Origin: Auanema rhodensis
Taxonomy: Eukaryota > Animalia > Nematoda
NCBI GenBank assembly: GCA_964057225.1
Contig: OZ059900.1
Coordinates: 24,180,001-24,244,000 of the forward strand
Direction: 5' to 3'
Length of the DNA: 64,000 nucleotides
Numbering within the stretch: the stretch's first letter is position 1; the number at the start of each line of letters is the position of its first letter. A model generated the notes under the pieces. It did not search any database, was not told the DNA's origin, and saw only the letters and a program-made list of their open reading frames with translations. Shown here one piece after another: positions 1-15,000 of the stretch. The position numbers were made by a program, and so were the translations under genes.

Positions 1-3000
1 TGAACACTAGAAAAATACAAAAACACAGTATTTCCCATGAGAAATATTTTATTATGCTGGAAAACCAGTTTTTGGAAATTTCGCTGTAAACAAGGTTTTG
101 ACTTACGATTTCATGTGTTCAAACTCATGCAATGTCAATGTAACCTAGCTCAAAATTGTTCGTACAACGTCTAGTTCCACTTTCACGACAAAAAAACAGG
201 GGTTAGAAAATTAAGGAAATTAGCATATTCTGAGGGCACGCCCCTTATGGCTAATATTGATTAAATCGATTTTTGTTCATATGAGTCGTCAAATGCAACG
301 AATTTCAGCGTGTTACACACTAAAATGAAGCATTTTACATGCTGAACACTAGAAGAATACAAAAACACAGTATTTCCCATGAGAAATATTTTATTATGCT
401 AGAAAACCAGTTTTTCGAAATTTCCCTGTAAACAAGGTTTTGACTTACGATTTCATGTGTTCAAACTCATGCAATGTCAATGAAACCTAGCTCAAAATTG
501 TTCGTACAACGTCTAGTTCCACTTTCACGACAAAAAAACAGGGGTTAGAAAATTAAGGAAATTAGCATATTCTGAGGGCACGCCCCTTATGGCTAATATT
601 GATTAAATCGATTTTTGTTCATATGAGTCGTCAAATGCAACGAATTTCAGCGTGTTACATACTAAAATGAAGCATTTTAAATGCTGAACACTAGAAAAAT
701 ACAAAAACACAGTATTTCCCATGAGAAATATTTTATCATGCTGGAAAACCAGTTTTTGGAAATTTCGCTGTAAACAAGGTTTTGACTTACGATTTCATGT
801 GTTCAAACTCATGCAATGTCAATGAAACCTAGCTCAAAATTGTTTGTACAACGTCTAGTTCCACTTTCACGACAAAAAAACAAGGGTTAGAAAATTAAGG
901 AAATTAGCATATTCTGAGGGCACGCCCCTTATGGCTAATATTGATTAAATCGATTTTTGTTCATATGAGTCGTCAAATGCAACGAATTTCAGCGTGTTAC
1001 ATACTAAAATGAAGCATTTTACATGCTGAACACTAGAAAAATACAAAAACACAGTATTTCCCATGAGAAATATTTTATTATGCTGGAAAACCAGTTTTTG
1101 GAAATTTCGCTGTAAACAAGGTTTTGACTTACGATTTCATGTGTTCAAACTCATGCAATGTCAATGTAACCTAGCTCAAAATTGTTCGTACAACGTCTAG
1201 TTCCACTTTCACGACAAAAAAACAGGGGTTAGAAAATTAAGGAAATTAGCATATTCTGAGGGCACGCCCCTTATGGCTAATATTGATTAAATCGATTTTT
1301 GTTCATATGAGTCGTCAAATGCAACGAATTTCAGCGTGTTACAAACTAAAATGAAGCATTTTACATGCTGAACACTAGAAAAATACAAAAACACAGTATT
1401 TCCCATGAGAAATATTTTATTATGCTGGAAAACCAGTTTTTGGAAATTTCGCTGTAAACAAGGTTTTGACTTACGATTTCATGTGTTCAAACTCATGCAA
1501 TGTCAATGAAACCTAGCTCAAAATTGTTCGTACAACGTCTAGTTCCACTTTCACGACAAAAAAACAGGGGTTAGAAAATTAAGGAAATTAGCATATTCTG
1601 AGGGCACGCCCCTTATGGCTAATATTGATTAAATCGATTTTTGTTCATATGAGTCGTCAAATGCAACGAATTTCAGCGTGTTACATACTAAAATGAAGCA
1701 TTTTACATGCTGAACACTAGAAAAATACAAAAACACAGTATTTCCCATGAGAAATATTTTATTATGCTGGAAAACCAGTTTTTGGAAATTTCGCTGTAAA
1801 CAAGGTTTTGACTTACGATTTCATGTGTTCAAACTCATGCAATGTCAATGAAACCTAGCTCAAAATTGTTTGTACAACGTCTAGTTCCACTTTCACGACA
1901 AAAAAACAAGGGTTAGAAAATTAAGGAAATTAGCATATTCTGAGGGCACGCCCCTTATGGCTAATATTGATTAAATCGATTTTTGTTCATATGAGTCGTC
2001 AAATGCAACGAATTTCAGCGTGTTACATACTAAAATGAAGCATTTTACATGCTGAACACTAGAAAAATACAAAAACACAGTATTTCCCATGAGAAATATT
2101 TTATTATGCTGGAAAACCAGTTTTTGGAAATTTCGCTGTAAACAAGGTTTTGACTTACGATTTCATGTGTTCAAACTCATGCAATGTCAATGTAACCTAG
2201 CTCAAAATTGTTCGTACAACGTCTAGTTCCACTTTCACGACAAAAAAACAGGGGTTAGAAAATTAAGGAAATTAGCATATTCTGAGGGCACGCCCCTTAT
2301 GGCTAATATTGATTAAATCGATTTTTGTTCATATGAGTCGTCAAATGCAACGAATTTCAGCGTGTTACAAACTAAAATGAAACATTTTACATGCTGAACA
2401 CTAGAAAAATACAAAAACACAGTATTTCCCATGAGAAATATTTTATTATGCTGGAAAACCAGTTTTTGGAAATTTCGCTGTAAACAAGGTTTTGACTTAC
2501 GATTTCATGTGTTCAAACTCATGCAATGTCAATGAAACCTAGCTCAAAATTGTTCGTACAACGTCTAGTTCCACTTTCACGACAAAAAAACAGGGGTTAG
2601 AAAATTAAGGAAATTAGCATATTCTGAGGGCACGCCCCTTATGGCTAATATTGATTAAATCGATTTTTGTTCATATGAGTCGTCAAATGCAACGAATTTC
2701 AGCGTGTTACATACTAAAATGAAGCATTTTACATGCTGAACACTAGAAAATTACAAAAACACAGTATTTCTCATGAGAAATATTTTATTAAGCTGGAAAA
2801 CCAGTTTTTGGAAATTTCGCTGTAAACAAGGTTTTGACTTACGATTTCATGTGTTCAAACTCATGCAATGTCAATGTAACCTAGCTCAAAATTGTTCGTA
2901 CAACGTCTAGTTCCACTTTCACGACAAAAAAACAGGGGTTAGAAAATTAAGGAAATTAGCATATTCTGAGGGCACGCCCCTTATGGCTAATATTGATTAA

Positions 3001-6000
3001 ATCGATTTTTGTTCATATGAGTCGTCAAATGCAACGAATTTCAGCGTGTTACAAACTAAAATGAAGCATTTTACATGCTGAACACTAGAAAAATACAAAA
3101 ACACAGTATTTCCCATGAGAAATATTTTATTATGCTGGAAAACCAGTTTTTGGAAATTTCGCTGTAAACAAGGTTTTGACTTACGATTTCATGTGTTCAA
3201 ACTCATGCAATGTCAATGAAACCTAGCTCAAAATTGTTCGTACAACGTCTAGTTCCACTTTCACGACAAAAAAACAGGGGTTAGAAAATTAAGGAAATTA
3301 GCATATTCTGAGGGCACGCCCCTTATGGCTAATATTGATTAAATCGATTTTTGTTCATATGAGTCGTCAAATGCAACGAATTTCAGCGTGTTACATACTA
3401 AAATGAAGCATTTTACATGCTGAACACTAGAAAAATACAAAAACACAGTATTTCCCATGAGAAATATTTTATTATGCTGGAAAACCAGTTTTTGGAAATT
3501 TCGCTGTAAACAAGGTTTTGACTTACGATTTCATGTGTTCAAACTCATGCAATGTCAATGAAACCTAGCTCAAAATTGTTCGTACAACGTCTAGTTCCAC
3601 TTTCACGACAAAAAAACAGGGGTTAGAAAATTAAGGAAATTAGCATATTCTGAGGGCACGCCCCTTATGGCTAATATTGATTAAATCGATTTTTGTTCAT
3701 ATGAGTCGTCAAATGCAACGAATTTCAGCGTGTTACATACTAAAATGAAGCATTTTACATGCTGAACACTAGAAAAATACAAAAACACAGTATTTCCCAT
3801 GAGAAATATTTTATCATGCTGGAAAACCAGTTTTTGGAAATTTCGCTGTAAACAAGGTTTTGACTTACGATTTCATGTGTTCAAACTCATGCAATGTCAA
3901 TGAAACCTAGCTCAAAATTGTTTGTACAACGTCTAGTTCCACTTTCACGACAAAAAAACAAGGGTTAGAAAATTAAGGAAATTAGCATATTCTGAGGGCA
4001 CGCCCCTTATGGCTAATATTGATTAAATCGATTTTTGTTCATATGAGTCGTCAAATGCAACGAATTTCAGCGTGTTACATACTAAAATGAAGCATTTTAC
4101 AGGCTGAACACTAGAAAAATACAAAAACACAGTATTTCCCATGAGAAATATTTTATTATGCTGGAAAACCAGTTTTTGGAAATTTCGCTGTAAACAAGGT
4201 TTTGACTTACGATTTCATGTGTTCAAACTCATGCAATGTCAATGAAACCTAGCTCAAAATTGTTTGTACAACGTCTAGTTCCACTTTCACGACAAAAAAA
4301 CAAGGGTTAGAAAATTAAGGAAATTAGCATATTCTGAGGGCACGCCCCTTATGGCTAATATTGATTAAATCGATTTTTGTTCATATGAGTCGTCAAATGC
4401 AACGAATTTCAGCGTGTTACATACTAAAATGAAGCATTTTACATGCTGAACACTAGAAAAATACAAAAACACAGTATTTCCCATGAGAAATATTTTATTA
4501 TGCTGGAAAACCAGTTTTTGGAAATTTCGCTGTAAACAAGGTTTTGACTTACGATTTCATGTGTTCAAACTCATGCAATGTCAATGAAACCTAGCTCAAA
4601 ATTGTTCGTACAACGTCTAGTTCCACTTTCACGACAAAAAAACAGGGGTTAGAAAATTAAGGAAATTAGCATATTCTGAGGGCACGCCCCTTATGGCTAA
4701 TATTGATTAAATCGATTTTTGTTCATATGAGTCGTCAAATGCAACGAATTTCAGCGTGTTACATACTAAAATGAAGCATTTTACATGCTGAACACTAGAA
4801 AAATACAAAAACACAGTATTTCCCATGAGAAATATTTTATTATGCTGGAAAACCAGTTTTTGGAAATTTCGCTGTAAACAAGGTTTTAACTTACGATTTC
4901 ATGTGTTCAAACTCATGCAATGTCAATGAAACCTAGCTCAAAATTGTTCGTACAACGTCTAGTTCCACTTTCACGACAAAAAAACAGGGGTTAGAAAATT
5001 AAGGAAATTAGCATATTCTGAGGGCACGCCCCTTATGGCTAATATTGATTAAATCGATTTTTGTTCATATGAGTCGTCAAATGCAACGAATTTCAGCGTG
5101 TTACATACTAAAATGAAGCATTTTACATGCTGAACACTAGAAAAATACAAAAACACAGTATTTCCCATGAGAAATATTTTATCATGCTGGAAAACCAGTT
5201 TTTGGAAATTTCGCTGTAAACAAGGTTTTGACTTACGATTTCATGTGTTCAAACTCATGCAATGTCAATGAAACCTAGCTCAAAATTGTTTGTACAACGT
5301 CTAGTTCCACTTTCACGACAAAAAAACAAGGGTTAGAAAATTAAGGAAATTAGCATATTCTGAGGGCACGCCCCTTATGGCTAATATTGATTAAATCGAT
5401 TTTTGTTCATATGAGTCGTCAAATGCAACGAATTTCAGCGTGTTACATACTAAAATGAAGCATTTTACATGCTGAACACTAGAAAAATACAAAAACACAG
5501 TATTTCCCATGAGAAATATTTTATTATGCTGGAAAACCAGTTTTTGGAAATTTCGCTGTAAACAAGGTTTTGACTTACGATTTCATGTGTTCAAACTCAT
5601 GCAATGTCAATGTAACCTAGCTCAAAATTGTTCGTACAACGTCTAGTTCCACTTTCACGACAAAAAAACAGGGGTTAGAAAATTAAGGAAATTAGCATAT
5701 TCTGAGGGCACGCCCCTTATGGCTAATATTGATTAAATCGATTTTTGTTCATATGAGTCGTCAAATGCAACGAATTTCAGCGTGTTACAAACTAAAATGA
5801 AGCATTTTACATGCTGAACACTAGAAAAATACAAAAACACAGTATTTCCCATGAGAAATATTTTATTATGCTGGAAAACCAGTTTTTGGAAATTTCGCTG
5901 TAAACAAGGTTTTGACTTACGATTTCATGTGTTCAAACTCATGCAATGTCAATGAAACCTAGCTCAAAATTGTTCGTACAACGTCTTGTTCCACTTTCAC

Positions 6001-9000
6001 GACAAAAAAACAGGGGTTAGAAAATTAAGGAAATTAGCATATTCTGAGGGCACGCCCCTTATGGCTAATATTGATTAAATCGATTTTTGTTCATATGAGT
6101 CGTCAAATGCAACGAATTTCAGCGTGTTACATACTAAAATGAAGCATTTTACATGCTGAACACTAGAAAATTACAAAAACACAGTATTTCTCATGAGAAA
6201 TATTTTATTAAGCTGGAAAACCAGTTTTTGGAAATTTCGCTGTAAACAAGGTTTTGACTTACGATTTCATGTGTTCAAACTCATGCAATGTCAATGTAAC
6301 CTAGCTCAAAATTGTTCGTACAACGTCTAGTTCCACTTTCACGACAAAAAAACAGGGGTTAGAAAATTAAGGAAATTAGCATATTCTGAGGGCACGCCCC
6401 TTATGGCTAATATTGATTAAATCGATTTTTGTTCATATGAGTCGTCAAATGCAACGAATTTCAGCGTGTTACAAACTAAAATGAAGCATTTTACATGCTG
6501 AACACTAGAAAAATACAAAAACACAGTATTTCCCATGAGAAATATTTTATTATGCTGGAAAACCAGTTTTTGGAAATTTCGCTGTAAACAAGGTTTTGAC
6601 TTACGATTTCATGTGTTCAAACTCATGCAATGTCAATGAAACCTAGCTCAAAATTGTTCGTACAACGTCTAGTTCCACTTTCACGACAAAAAAACAGGGG
6701 TTAGAAAATTAAGGAAATTAGCATATTCTGAGGGCACGCCCCTTATGGCTAATATTGATTAAATCGATTTTTGTTCATATGAGTCGTCAAATGCAACGAA
6801 TTTCAGCGTGTTACATACTAAAATGAAGCATTTTACATGCTGAACACTAGAAAAATACAAAAACACAGTATTTCCCATGAGAAATATTTTATTATGCTGG
6901 AAAACCAGTTTTTGGAAATTTCGCTGTAAACAAGGTTTTGACTTACGATTTCATGTGTTCAAACTCATGCAATGTCAATGAAACCTAGCTCAAAATTGTT
7001 CGTACAACGTCTAGTTCCACTTTCACGACAAAAAAACAGGGGTTAGAAAATTAAGGAAATTAGCATATTCTGAGGGCACGCCCCTTATGGCTAATATTGA
7101 TTAAATCGATTTTTGTTCATATGAGTCGTCAAATGCAACGAATTTCAGCGTGTTACATACTAAAATGAAGCATTTTACATGCTGAACACTAGAAAAATAC
7201 AAAAACACAGTATTTCCCATGAGAAATATTTTATCATGCTGGAAAACCAGTTTTTGGAAATTTCGCTGTAAACAAGGTTTTGACTTACGATTTCATGTGT
7301 TCAAACTCATGCAATGTCAATGAAACCTAGCTCAAAATTGTTCGTACAACGTCTAGTTCCACTTTCACGACAAAAAAACAGGGGTTAGAAAATTAAGGAA
7401 ATTAGCATATTCTGAGGGCACGCCCCTTATGGCTAATATTGATTAAATCGATTTTTGTTCATATGAGTCGTCAAATGCAACGAATTTCAGCGTGTTACAT
7501 ACTAAAATGAAGCATTTTACATGCTGAACACTAGAAAAATACAAAAACACAGTATTTCCCATGAGAAATATTTTATCATGCTGGAAAACCAGTTTTTGGA
7601 AATTTCGCTGTAAACAAGGTTTTGACTTACGATTTCATGTGTTCAAACTCATGCAATGTCAATGAAACCTAGCTCAAAATTGTTCGTACAACGTCTAGTT
7701 CCACTTTCACGACAAAAAAACAGGGGTTAAAAAATTAAGGAAATTAGCATATTCTGAGGGCACGCCCCTTATGGCTAATATTGATTAAATCGATTTTTGT
7801 TCATATGAGTCGTCAAATGCAACGAATTTCAGCGTGTTACATACTAAAATGAAGCATTTTACATGCTGAACACTAGAAAAATACAAAAACACAGTATTTC
7901 CCATGAGAAATATTTTATCATGCTGGAAAACCAGTTTTTGGAAATTTCGCTGTAAACAAGGTTTTGACTTACGATTTCATGTGTTCAAACTCATGCAATG
8001 TCAATGAAACCTAGCTCAAAATTGTTTGTACAACGTCTAGTTCCACTTTCACGACAAAAAAACAAGGGTTAGAAAATTAAGGAAATTAGCATATTCTGAG
8101 GGCACGCCCCTTATGGCTAATATTGATTAAATCGATTTTTGTTCATATGAGTCGTCAAATGCAACGAATTTCAGCGTGTTACATACTAAAATGAAGCATT
8201 TTACATGCTGAACACTAGAAAAATACAAAAACACAGTATTTCCCATGAGAAATATTTTATTATGCTGGAAAACCAGTTTTTGGAAATTTCGCTGTAAACA
8301 AGGTTTTGACTTACGATTTCATGTGTTCAAACTCATGCAATGTCAATGTAACCTAGCTCAAAATTGTTCGTACAACGTCTAGTTCCACTTTCACGACAAA
8401 AAAACAGGGGTTAGAAAATTAAGGAAATTAGCATATTCTGAGGGCACGCCCCTTATGGCTAATATTGATTAAATCGATTTTTGTTCATATGAGTCGTCAA
8501 ATGCAACGAATTTCAGCGTGTTACAAACTAAAATGAAGCATTTTACATGCTGAACACTAGAAAAATACAAAAACACAGTATTTCCCATGAGAAATATTTT
8601 ATTATGCTGGAAAACCAGTTTTTGGAAATTTCGCTGTAAACAAGGTTTTGACTTACGATTTCATGTGTTCAAACTCATGCAATGTCAATGAAACCTAGCT
8701 CAAAATTGTTCGTACAACGTCTAGTTCCACTTTCACGACAAAAAAACAGGGGTTAGAAAATTAAGGAAATTAGCATATTCTGAGGGCACGCCCCTTATGG
8801 CTAATATTGATTAAATCGATTTTTGTTCATATGAGTCGTCAAATGCAACGAATTTCAGCGTGTTACATACTAAAATGGAGCATTTTACATGCTGAACACT
8901 AGAAAAATACAAAAACACAGTATTTCCCATGAGAAATATTTTATCATGCTGGAAAACCAGTTTTTGGAAATTTCGCTGTAAACAAGGTTTTGACTTACGA

Positions 9001-12000
9001 TTTCATGTGTTCAAACTCATGCAATGTCAATGAAACCTAGCTCAAAATTGTTTGTACAACGTCTAGTTCCACTTTCACGACAAAAAAACAAGGGTTAGAA
9101 AATTAAGGAAATTAGCATATTCTGAGGGCACGCCCCTTATGGCTAATATTGATTAAATCGATTTTTGTTCATATGAGTCGTCAAATGCAACGAATTTCAG
9201 CGTGTTACATACTAAAATGAAGCATTTTACATGCTGAACACTAGAAAAATACAAAAACACAGTATTTCCCATGAGAAATATTTTATTATGCTGGAAAACC
9301 AGTTTTTGGAAATTTCGCTGTAAACAAGGTTTTGACTTACGATTTCATGTGTTCAAACTCATGCAATGTCAATGAAACCTAGCTCAAAATTGTTCGTACA
9401 ACGTCTAGTTCCACTTTCACGACAAAAAAACAGGGGTTAGAAAATTAAGGAAATTAGCATATTCTGAGGGCACGCCCCTTATGGCTAATATTGATTAAAT
9501 CGATTTTTGTTCATATGAGTCGTCAAATGCAACGAATTTCAGCGTGTTACATACTAAAATGAAGCATTTTACATGCTGAACACTAGAAGAATACAAAAAC
9601 ACAGTATTTCCCATGAGAAATATTTTATTATGCTGGAAAACCAGTTTTTGGAAATTTCGCTGTAAACAAGGTTTTGACTTACGATTTCATGTGTTCAAAC
9701 TCATGCAATGTCAATGAAACCTAGCTCAAAATTGTTCGTACAACGTCTAGTTCCACTTTCACGACAAAAAAACAGGGGTTAGAAAATTAAGGAAATTAGC
9801 ATATTCTGAGGGCACGCCCCTTATGGCTAATATTGATTAAATCGATTTTTGTTCATATGAGTCGTCAAATGCAACGAATTTCAGCGTGTTACATACTAAA
9901 ATGAAGCATTTTACATGCTGAACACTAGAAAAATACAAAAACACAGTATTTCCCATGAGAAATATTTTATTATGCTGGAAAACCAGTTTTTGGAAATTTC
10001 GCTGTAAACAAGGTTTTGACTTACGATTTCATGTGTTCAAACTCATGCAATGTCAATGAAACCTAGCTCAAAATTGTTCGTACAACGTCTAGTTCCACTT
10101 TCACGACAAAAAAACAGGGGTTAGAAAGTTAAGGAAATTAGCATATTCTGAGGGCACGCCCCTTATGGCTAATATTGATTAAATCGATTTTTGTTCATAT
10201 GAGTCGTCAAATGCAACGAATTTCAGCGTGTTACATACTAAAATGAAGCATTTTACATGCTGAACACTAGAAAAATACAAAAACACAGTATTTCCCATGA
10301 GAAATATTTTATTATGCTGGAAAAGCAGTTTTTGGAAATTTCGCTGTAAACAAGGTTTTGACTTACGATTTCATGTGTTCAAACTCATGCAATGTCAATG
10401 AAACCTAGCTCAAAATTGTTCGTACAACGTCTAGTTCCACTTTCACGACAAAAAAACAGGGGTTAGAAAATTAAGGAAATTAGCATATTCTGAGGGCACG
10501 CCCCTTATGGCTAATATTGATTAAATCGATTTTTGTTCATATGAGTCGTCAAATGCAACGAATTTCAGCGTGTTACATACTAAAATGAAGCATTTTACAT
10601 GCTGAACACTAGAAAAATACAAAAACACAGTATTTCCCATGAGAAATATTTTATTATGCTGGAAAACCAGTTTTTGGAAATTTCGCTGTAAACAAGGTTT
10701 TGACTTACGATTTCATGTGTTCAAACTCATGCAATGTCAATGAAACCTAGCTCAAAATTGTTCGTACAACGTCTAGTTCCACTTTCACGACAAAAAAACA
10801 GGGGTTAGAAAATTAAGGAAATTAGCATATTCTGAGGGCACGCCCCTTATGGCTAATATTGATTAAATCGATTTTTGTTCATATGAGTCGTCAAATGCAA
10901 CGAATTTCAGCGTGTTACATACTAAAATGAAGCATTTTACATGCTGAACACTAGAAAAATACAAAAACACAGTATTTCCCATGAGAAATATTTTATCATG
11001 CTGGAAAACCAGTTTTTGGAAATTTCGCTGTAAACAAGGTTTTGACTTACGATTTCATGTGTTCAAACTCATGCAATGTCAATGAAACCTAGCTCAAAAT
11101 TGTTCGTACAACGTCTAGTTCCACTTTCACGACAAAAAAACAGGGGTTAGAAAATTAAGGAAATTAGCATATTCTGAGGGCACGCCCCTTATGGCTAATA
11201 TTGATTAAATCGATTTTTGTTCATATGAGTCGTCAAATGCAACGAATTTCAGCGTGTTACATACTAAAATAAAGCATTTTACATGCTGAACACTAGAAAA
11301 ATACAAAAACACAGTATTTCCCATGAGAAATATTTTATCATGCTGGAAAACCAGTTTTTGGAAATTTCGCTGTAAACAAGGTTTTGACTTACGATTTCAT
11401 GTGTTCAAACTCATGCAATGTCAATGAAACCTAGCTCAAAATTGTTTGTACAACGTCTAGTTCCACTTTCACGACAAAAAAACAAGGGTTAGAAAATTAA
11501 GGAAATTAGCATATTCTGAGGGCACGCCCCTTATGGCTAATATTGATTAAATCGATTTTTGTTCATATGAGTCGTCAAATGCAACGAATTTCAGCGTGTT
11601 ACATACTAAAATGAAGCATTTTACATGCTGAACACTAGAAAAATACAAAAACACAGTATTTCCCATGAGAAATATTTTATTATGCTGGAAAACCAGTTTT
11701 TGGAAATTTCGCTGTAAACAAGGTTTTGACTTACGATTTCATGTGTTCAAACTCATGCAATGTCAATGTAACCTAGCTCAAAATTGTTCGTACAACGTCT
11801 AGTTCCACTTTCACGACAAAAAAACAGGGGTTAGAAAATTAAGGAAATTAGCATATTCTGAGGGCACGCCCCTTATGGCTAATATTGATTAAATCGATTT
11901 TTGTTCATATGAGTCGTCAAATGCAACGAATTTCAGCGTGTTACATACTAAAATGAAGCATTTTACATGCTGAACACTAGAAAAATACAAAAACACAGTA

Positions 12001-15000
12001 TTTCTCATGAGAAATATTTTATTATGCTGGAAAACCAGTTTTTGGAAATTTCGCTGTAAACAAGGTTTTGACTTACGATTTCATGTGTTCAAACTCATGC
12101 AATGTCAATGAAACCTAGCTCAAAATTGTTCGTACAACGTCTAGTTCCACTTTCACGACAAAAAAACAGGGGTTAGAAAATTAAGGAAATTAGCATATTC
12201 TGAGGGCACGCCCCTTATGGCTAATATTGATTAAATTGATTTTTGTTCATATGAGTCGTCAAATGCAACGAATTTCAGCGTGTTACATACTAAAATGAAG
12301 CATTTTACATGCTGAACACTAGAAAAATACAAAAACACAGTATTTCCCATGAGAAATATTTTATCATGCTGGAAAACCAGTTTTTGGAAATTTCGCTGTA
12401 AACAAGGTTTTGACTTACGATTTCATGTGTTCAAACTCATGCAATGTCAATGAAACCTAGCTCAAAATTGTTTGTACAACGTCTAGTTCCACTTTCACGA
12501 CAAAAAAACAAGGGTTAGAAAATTAAGGAAATTAGCATATTCTGAGGGCACGCCCCTTATGGCTAATATTGATTAAATCGATTTTTGTTCATATGAGTCG
12601 TCAAATGCAACGAATTTCAGCGTGTTACATACTAAAATGAAGCATTTTACATGCTGAACACTAGAAAAATACAAAAACACAGTATTTCCCATGAGAAATA
12701 TTTTATTATGCTGGAAAACCAGTTTTTGGAAATTTCGCTGTAAACAAGGTTTTGACTTACGATTTCATGTGTTCAAACTCATGCAATGTCAATGTAACCT
12801 AGCTCAAAATTGTTCGTACAACGTCTAGTTCCACTTTCACGACAAAAAAATAGGGGTTAGAAAATTAAGGAAATTAGCATATTCTGAGGGCACGCCCCTT
12901 ATGGCTAATATTGATTAAATCGATTTTTGTTCATATGAGTCGTCAAATGCAACGAATTTCAGCGTGTTACATACTAAAATGAAGCATTTTACATGCTGAA
13001 CACTAGAAAAATACAAAAACACAGTATTTCTCATGAGAAATATTTTATTATGCTGGAAAACCAGTTTTTGGAAATTTCGCTGTAAACAAGGTTTTGACTT
13101 ACGATTTCATGTGTTCAAACTCATGCAATGTCAATGAAACCTAGCTCAAAATTGTTCGTACAACGTCTAGTTCCACTTTCACGACAAAAAAACAGGGGTT
13201 AGAAAATTAAGGAAATTAGCATATTCTGAGGGCACGCCCCTTATGGCTAATATTGATTAAATCGATTTTTGTTCATATGAGTCGTCAAATGCAACGAATT
13301 TCAGCGTGTTACATACTAAAATGAAGCATTTTACATGCTGAACACTAGAAAAATACAAAAACACAGTATTTCCCATGAGAAATATTTTATTATGCTGGAA
13401 AACCAGTTTTTGGAAATTTCGCTGTAAACAAGGTTTTGACTTACGATTTCATGTGTTCAAACTCATGCAATGTCAATGTAACCTAGCTCAAAATTGTTCG
13501 TACAACGTCTAGTTCCACTTTCACGACAAAAAAATAGGGGTTAGAAAATTAAGGAAATTAGCATATTCTGAGGGCACGCCCCTTATGGCTAATATTGATT
13601 AAATCGATTTTTGTTCATATGAGTCGTCAAATGCAACGAATTTCAGCGTGTTACATACTAAAATGAAGCATTTTACATGCTGAACACTAGAAAAATACAA
13701 AAACACAGTATTTCTCATGAGAAATATTTTATTATGCTGGAAAACCAGTTTTTGGAAATTTCGCTGTAAACAAGGTTTTGACTTACGATTTCATGTGTTC
13801 AAACTCATGCAATGTCAATGAAACCTAGCTCAAAATTGTTCGTACAACGTCTAGTTCCACTTTCACGACAAAAAAACAGGGGTTAGAAAATTAAGGAAAT
13901 TAGCATATTCTGAGGGCACGCCCCTTATGGCTAATATTGATTAAATCGATTTTTGTTCATATGAGTCGTCAAATGCAACGAATTTCAGCGTGTTACATAC
14001 TAAAATGAAGCATTTTACATGCTGAACACTAGAAAAATACAAAAACACAGTATTTCTCATGAGAAATATTTTATTATGCTGGAAAACCAGTTTTTGGAAA
14101 TTTCGCTGTAAACAAGGTTTTGACTTACGATTTCATGTGTTCAAACTCATGCAATGTCAATGAAACCTAGCTCAAAATTGTTCGTACAACGTCTAGTTCC
14201 ACTTTCACGACAAAAAAACAGGGGTTAGAAAATTAAGGAAATTAGCATATTCTGAGGGCACGCCCCTTATGGCTAATATTGATTAAATCGATTTTTGTTC
14301 ATATGAGTCGTCAAATGCAACGAATTTCAGCGTGTTACATACTAAAATGAAGCATTTTACATGCTGAACACTAGAAAAATACAAAAACACAGTATTTCCC
14401 ATGAGAAATATTTTATTATGCTGGAAAACCAGTTTTTGGAAATTTCGCTGTAAACAAGGTTTTGACTTACGATTTCATGTGTTCAAACTCATGCAATGTC
14501 AATGTAACCTAGCTCAAAATTGTTCGTACAACGTCTAGTTCCACTTTCACGACAAAAAAATAGGGGTTAGAAAATTAAGGAAATTAGCATATTCTGAGGG
14601 CACGCCCCTTATGGCTAATATTGATTAAATCGATTTTTGTTCATATGAGTCGTCAAATGCAACGAATTTCAGCGTGTTACATACTAAAATGAAGCATTTT
14701 ACATGCTGAACACTAGAAAAATACAAAAACACAGTATTTCTCATGAGAAATATTTTATTATGCTGGAAAACCAGTTTTTGGAAATTTCGCTGTAAACAAG
14801 GTTTTGACTTACGATTTCATGTGTTCAAACTCATGCAATGTCAATGAAACCTAGCTCAAAATTGTTCGTACAACGTCTAGTTCCACTTTCACGACAAAAA
14901 AACAGGGGTTAGAAAATTAAGGAAATTAGCATATTCTGAGGGCACGCCCCTTATGGCTAATATTGATTAAATCGATTTTTGTTCATATGAGTCGTCAAAT

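Noticed and set aside
199-206. Telomere-like GGGGTTAG / G-quadruplex
   Set aside because: There is one copy per monomer, not tandem, and too few G-runs for a quadruplex.
287-303. CENP-B box-like motif on the minus strand (ATTCGTTGCATTTGACG)
   Set aside because: It has TTCG and the central A but lacks the essential CGGG of NTTCGNNNNANNCGGGN.
1-342. Assignment to primate alpha satellite (about 340-bp dimer) or a named beetle or plant satellite
   Set aside because: Only the length matches. I recognise no alpha-satellite motifs, and a BLASTN, Dfam or Repbase search is needed.
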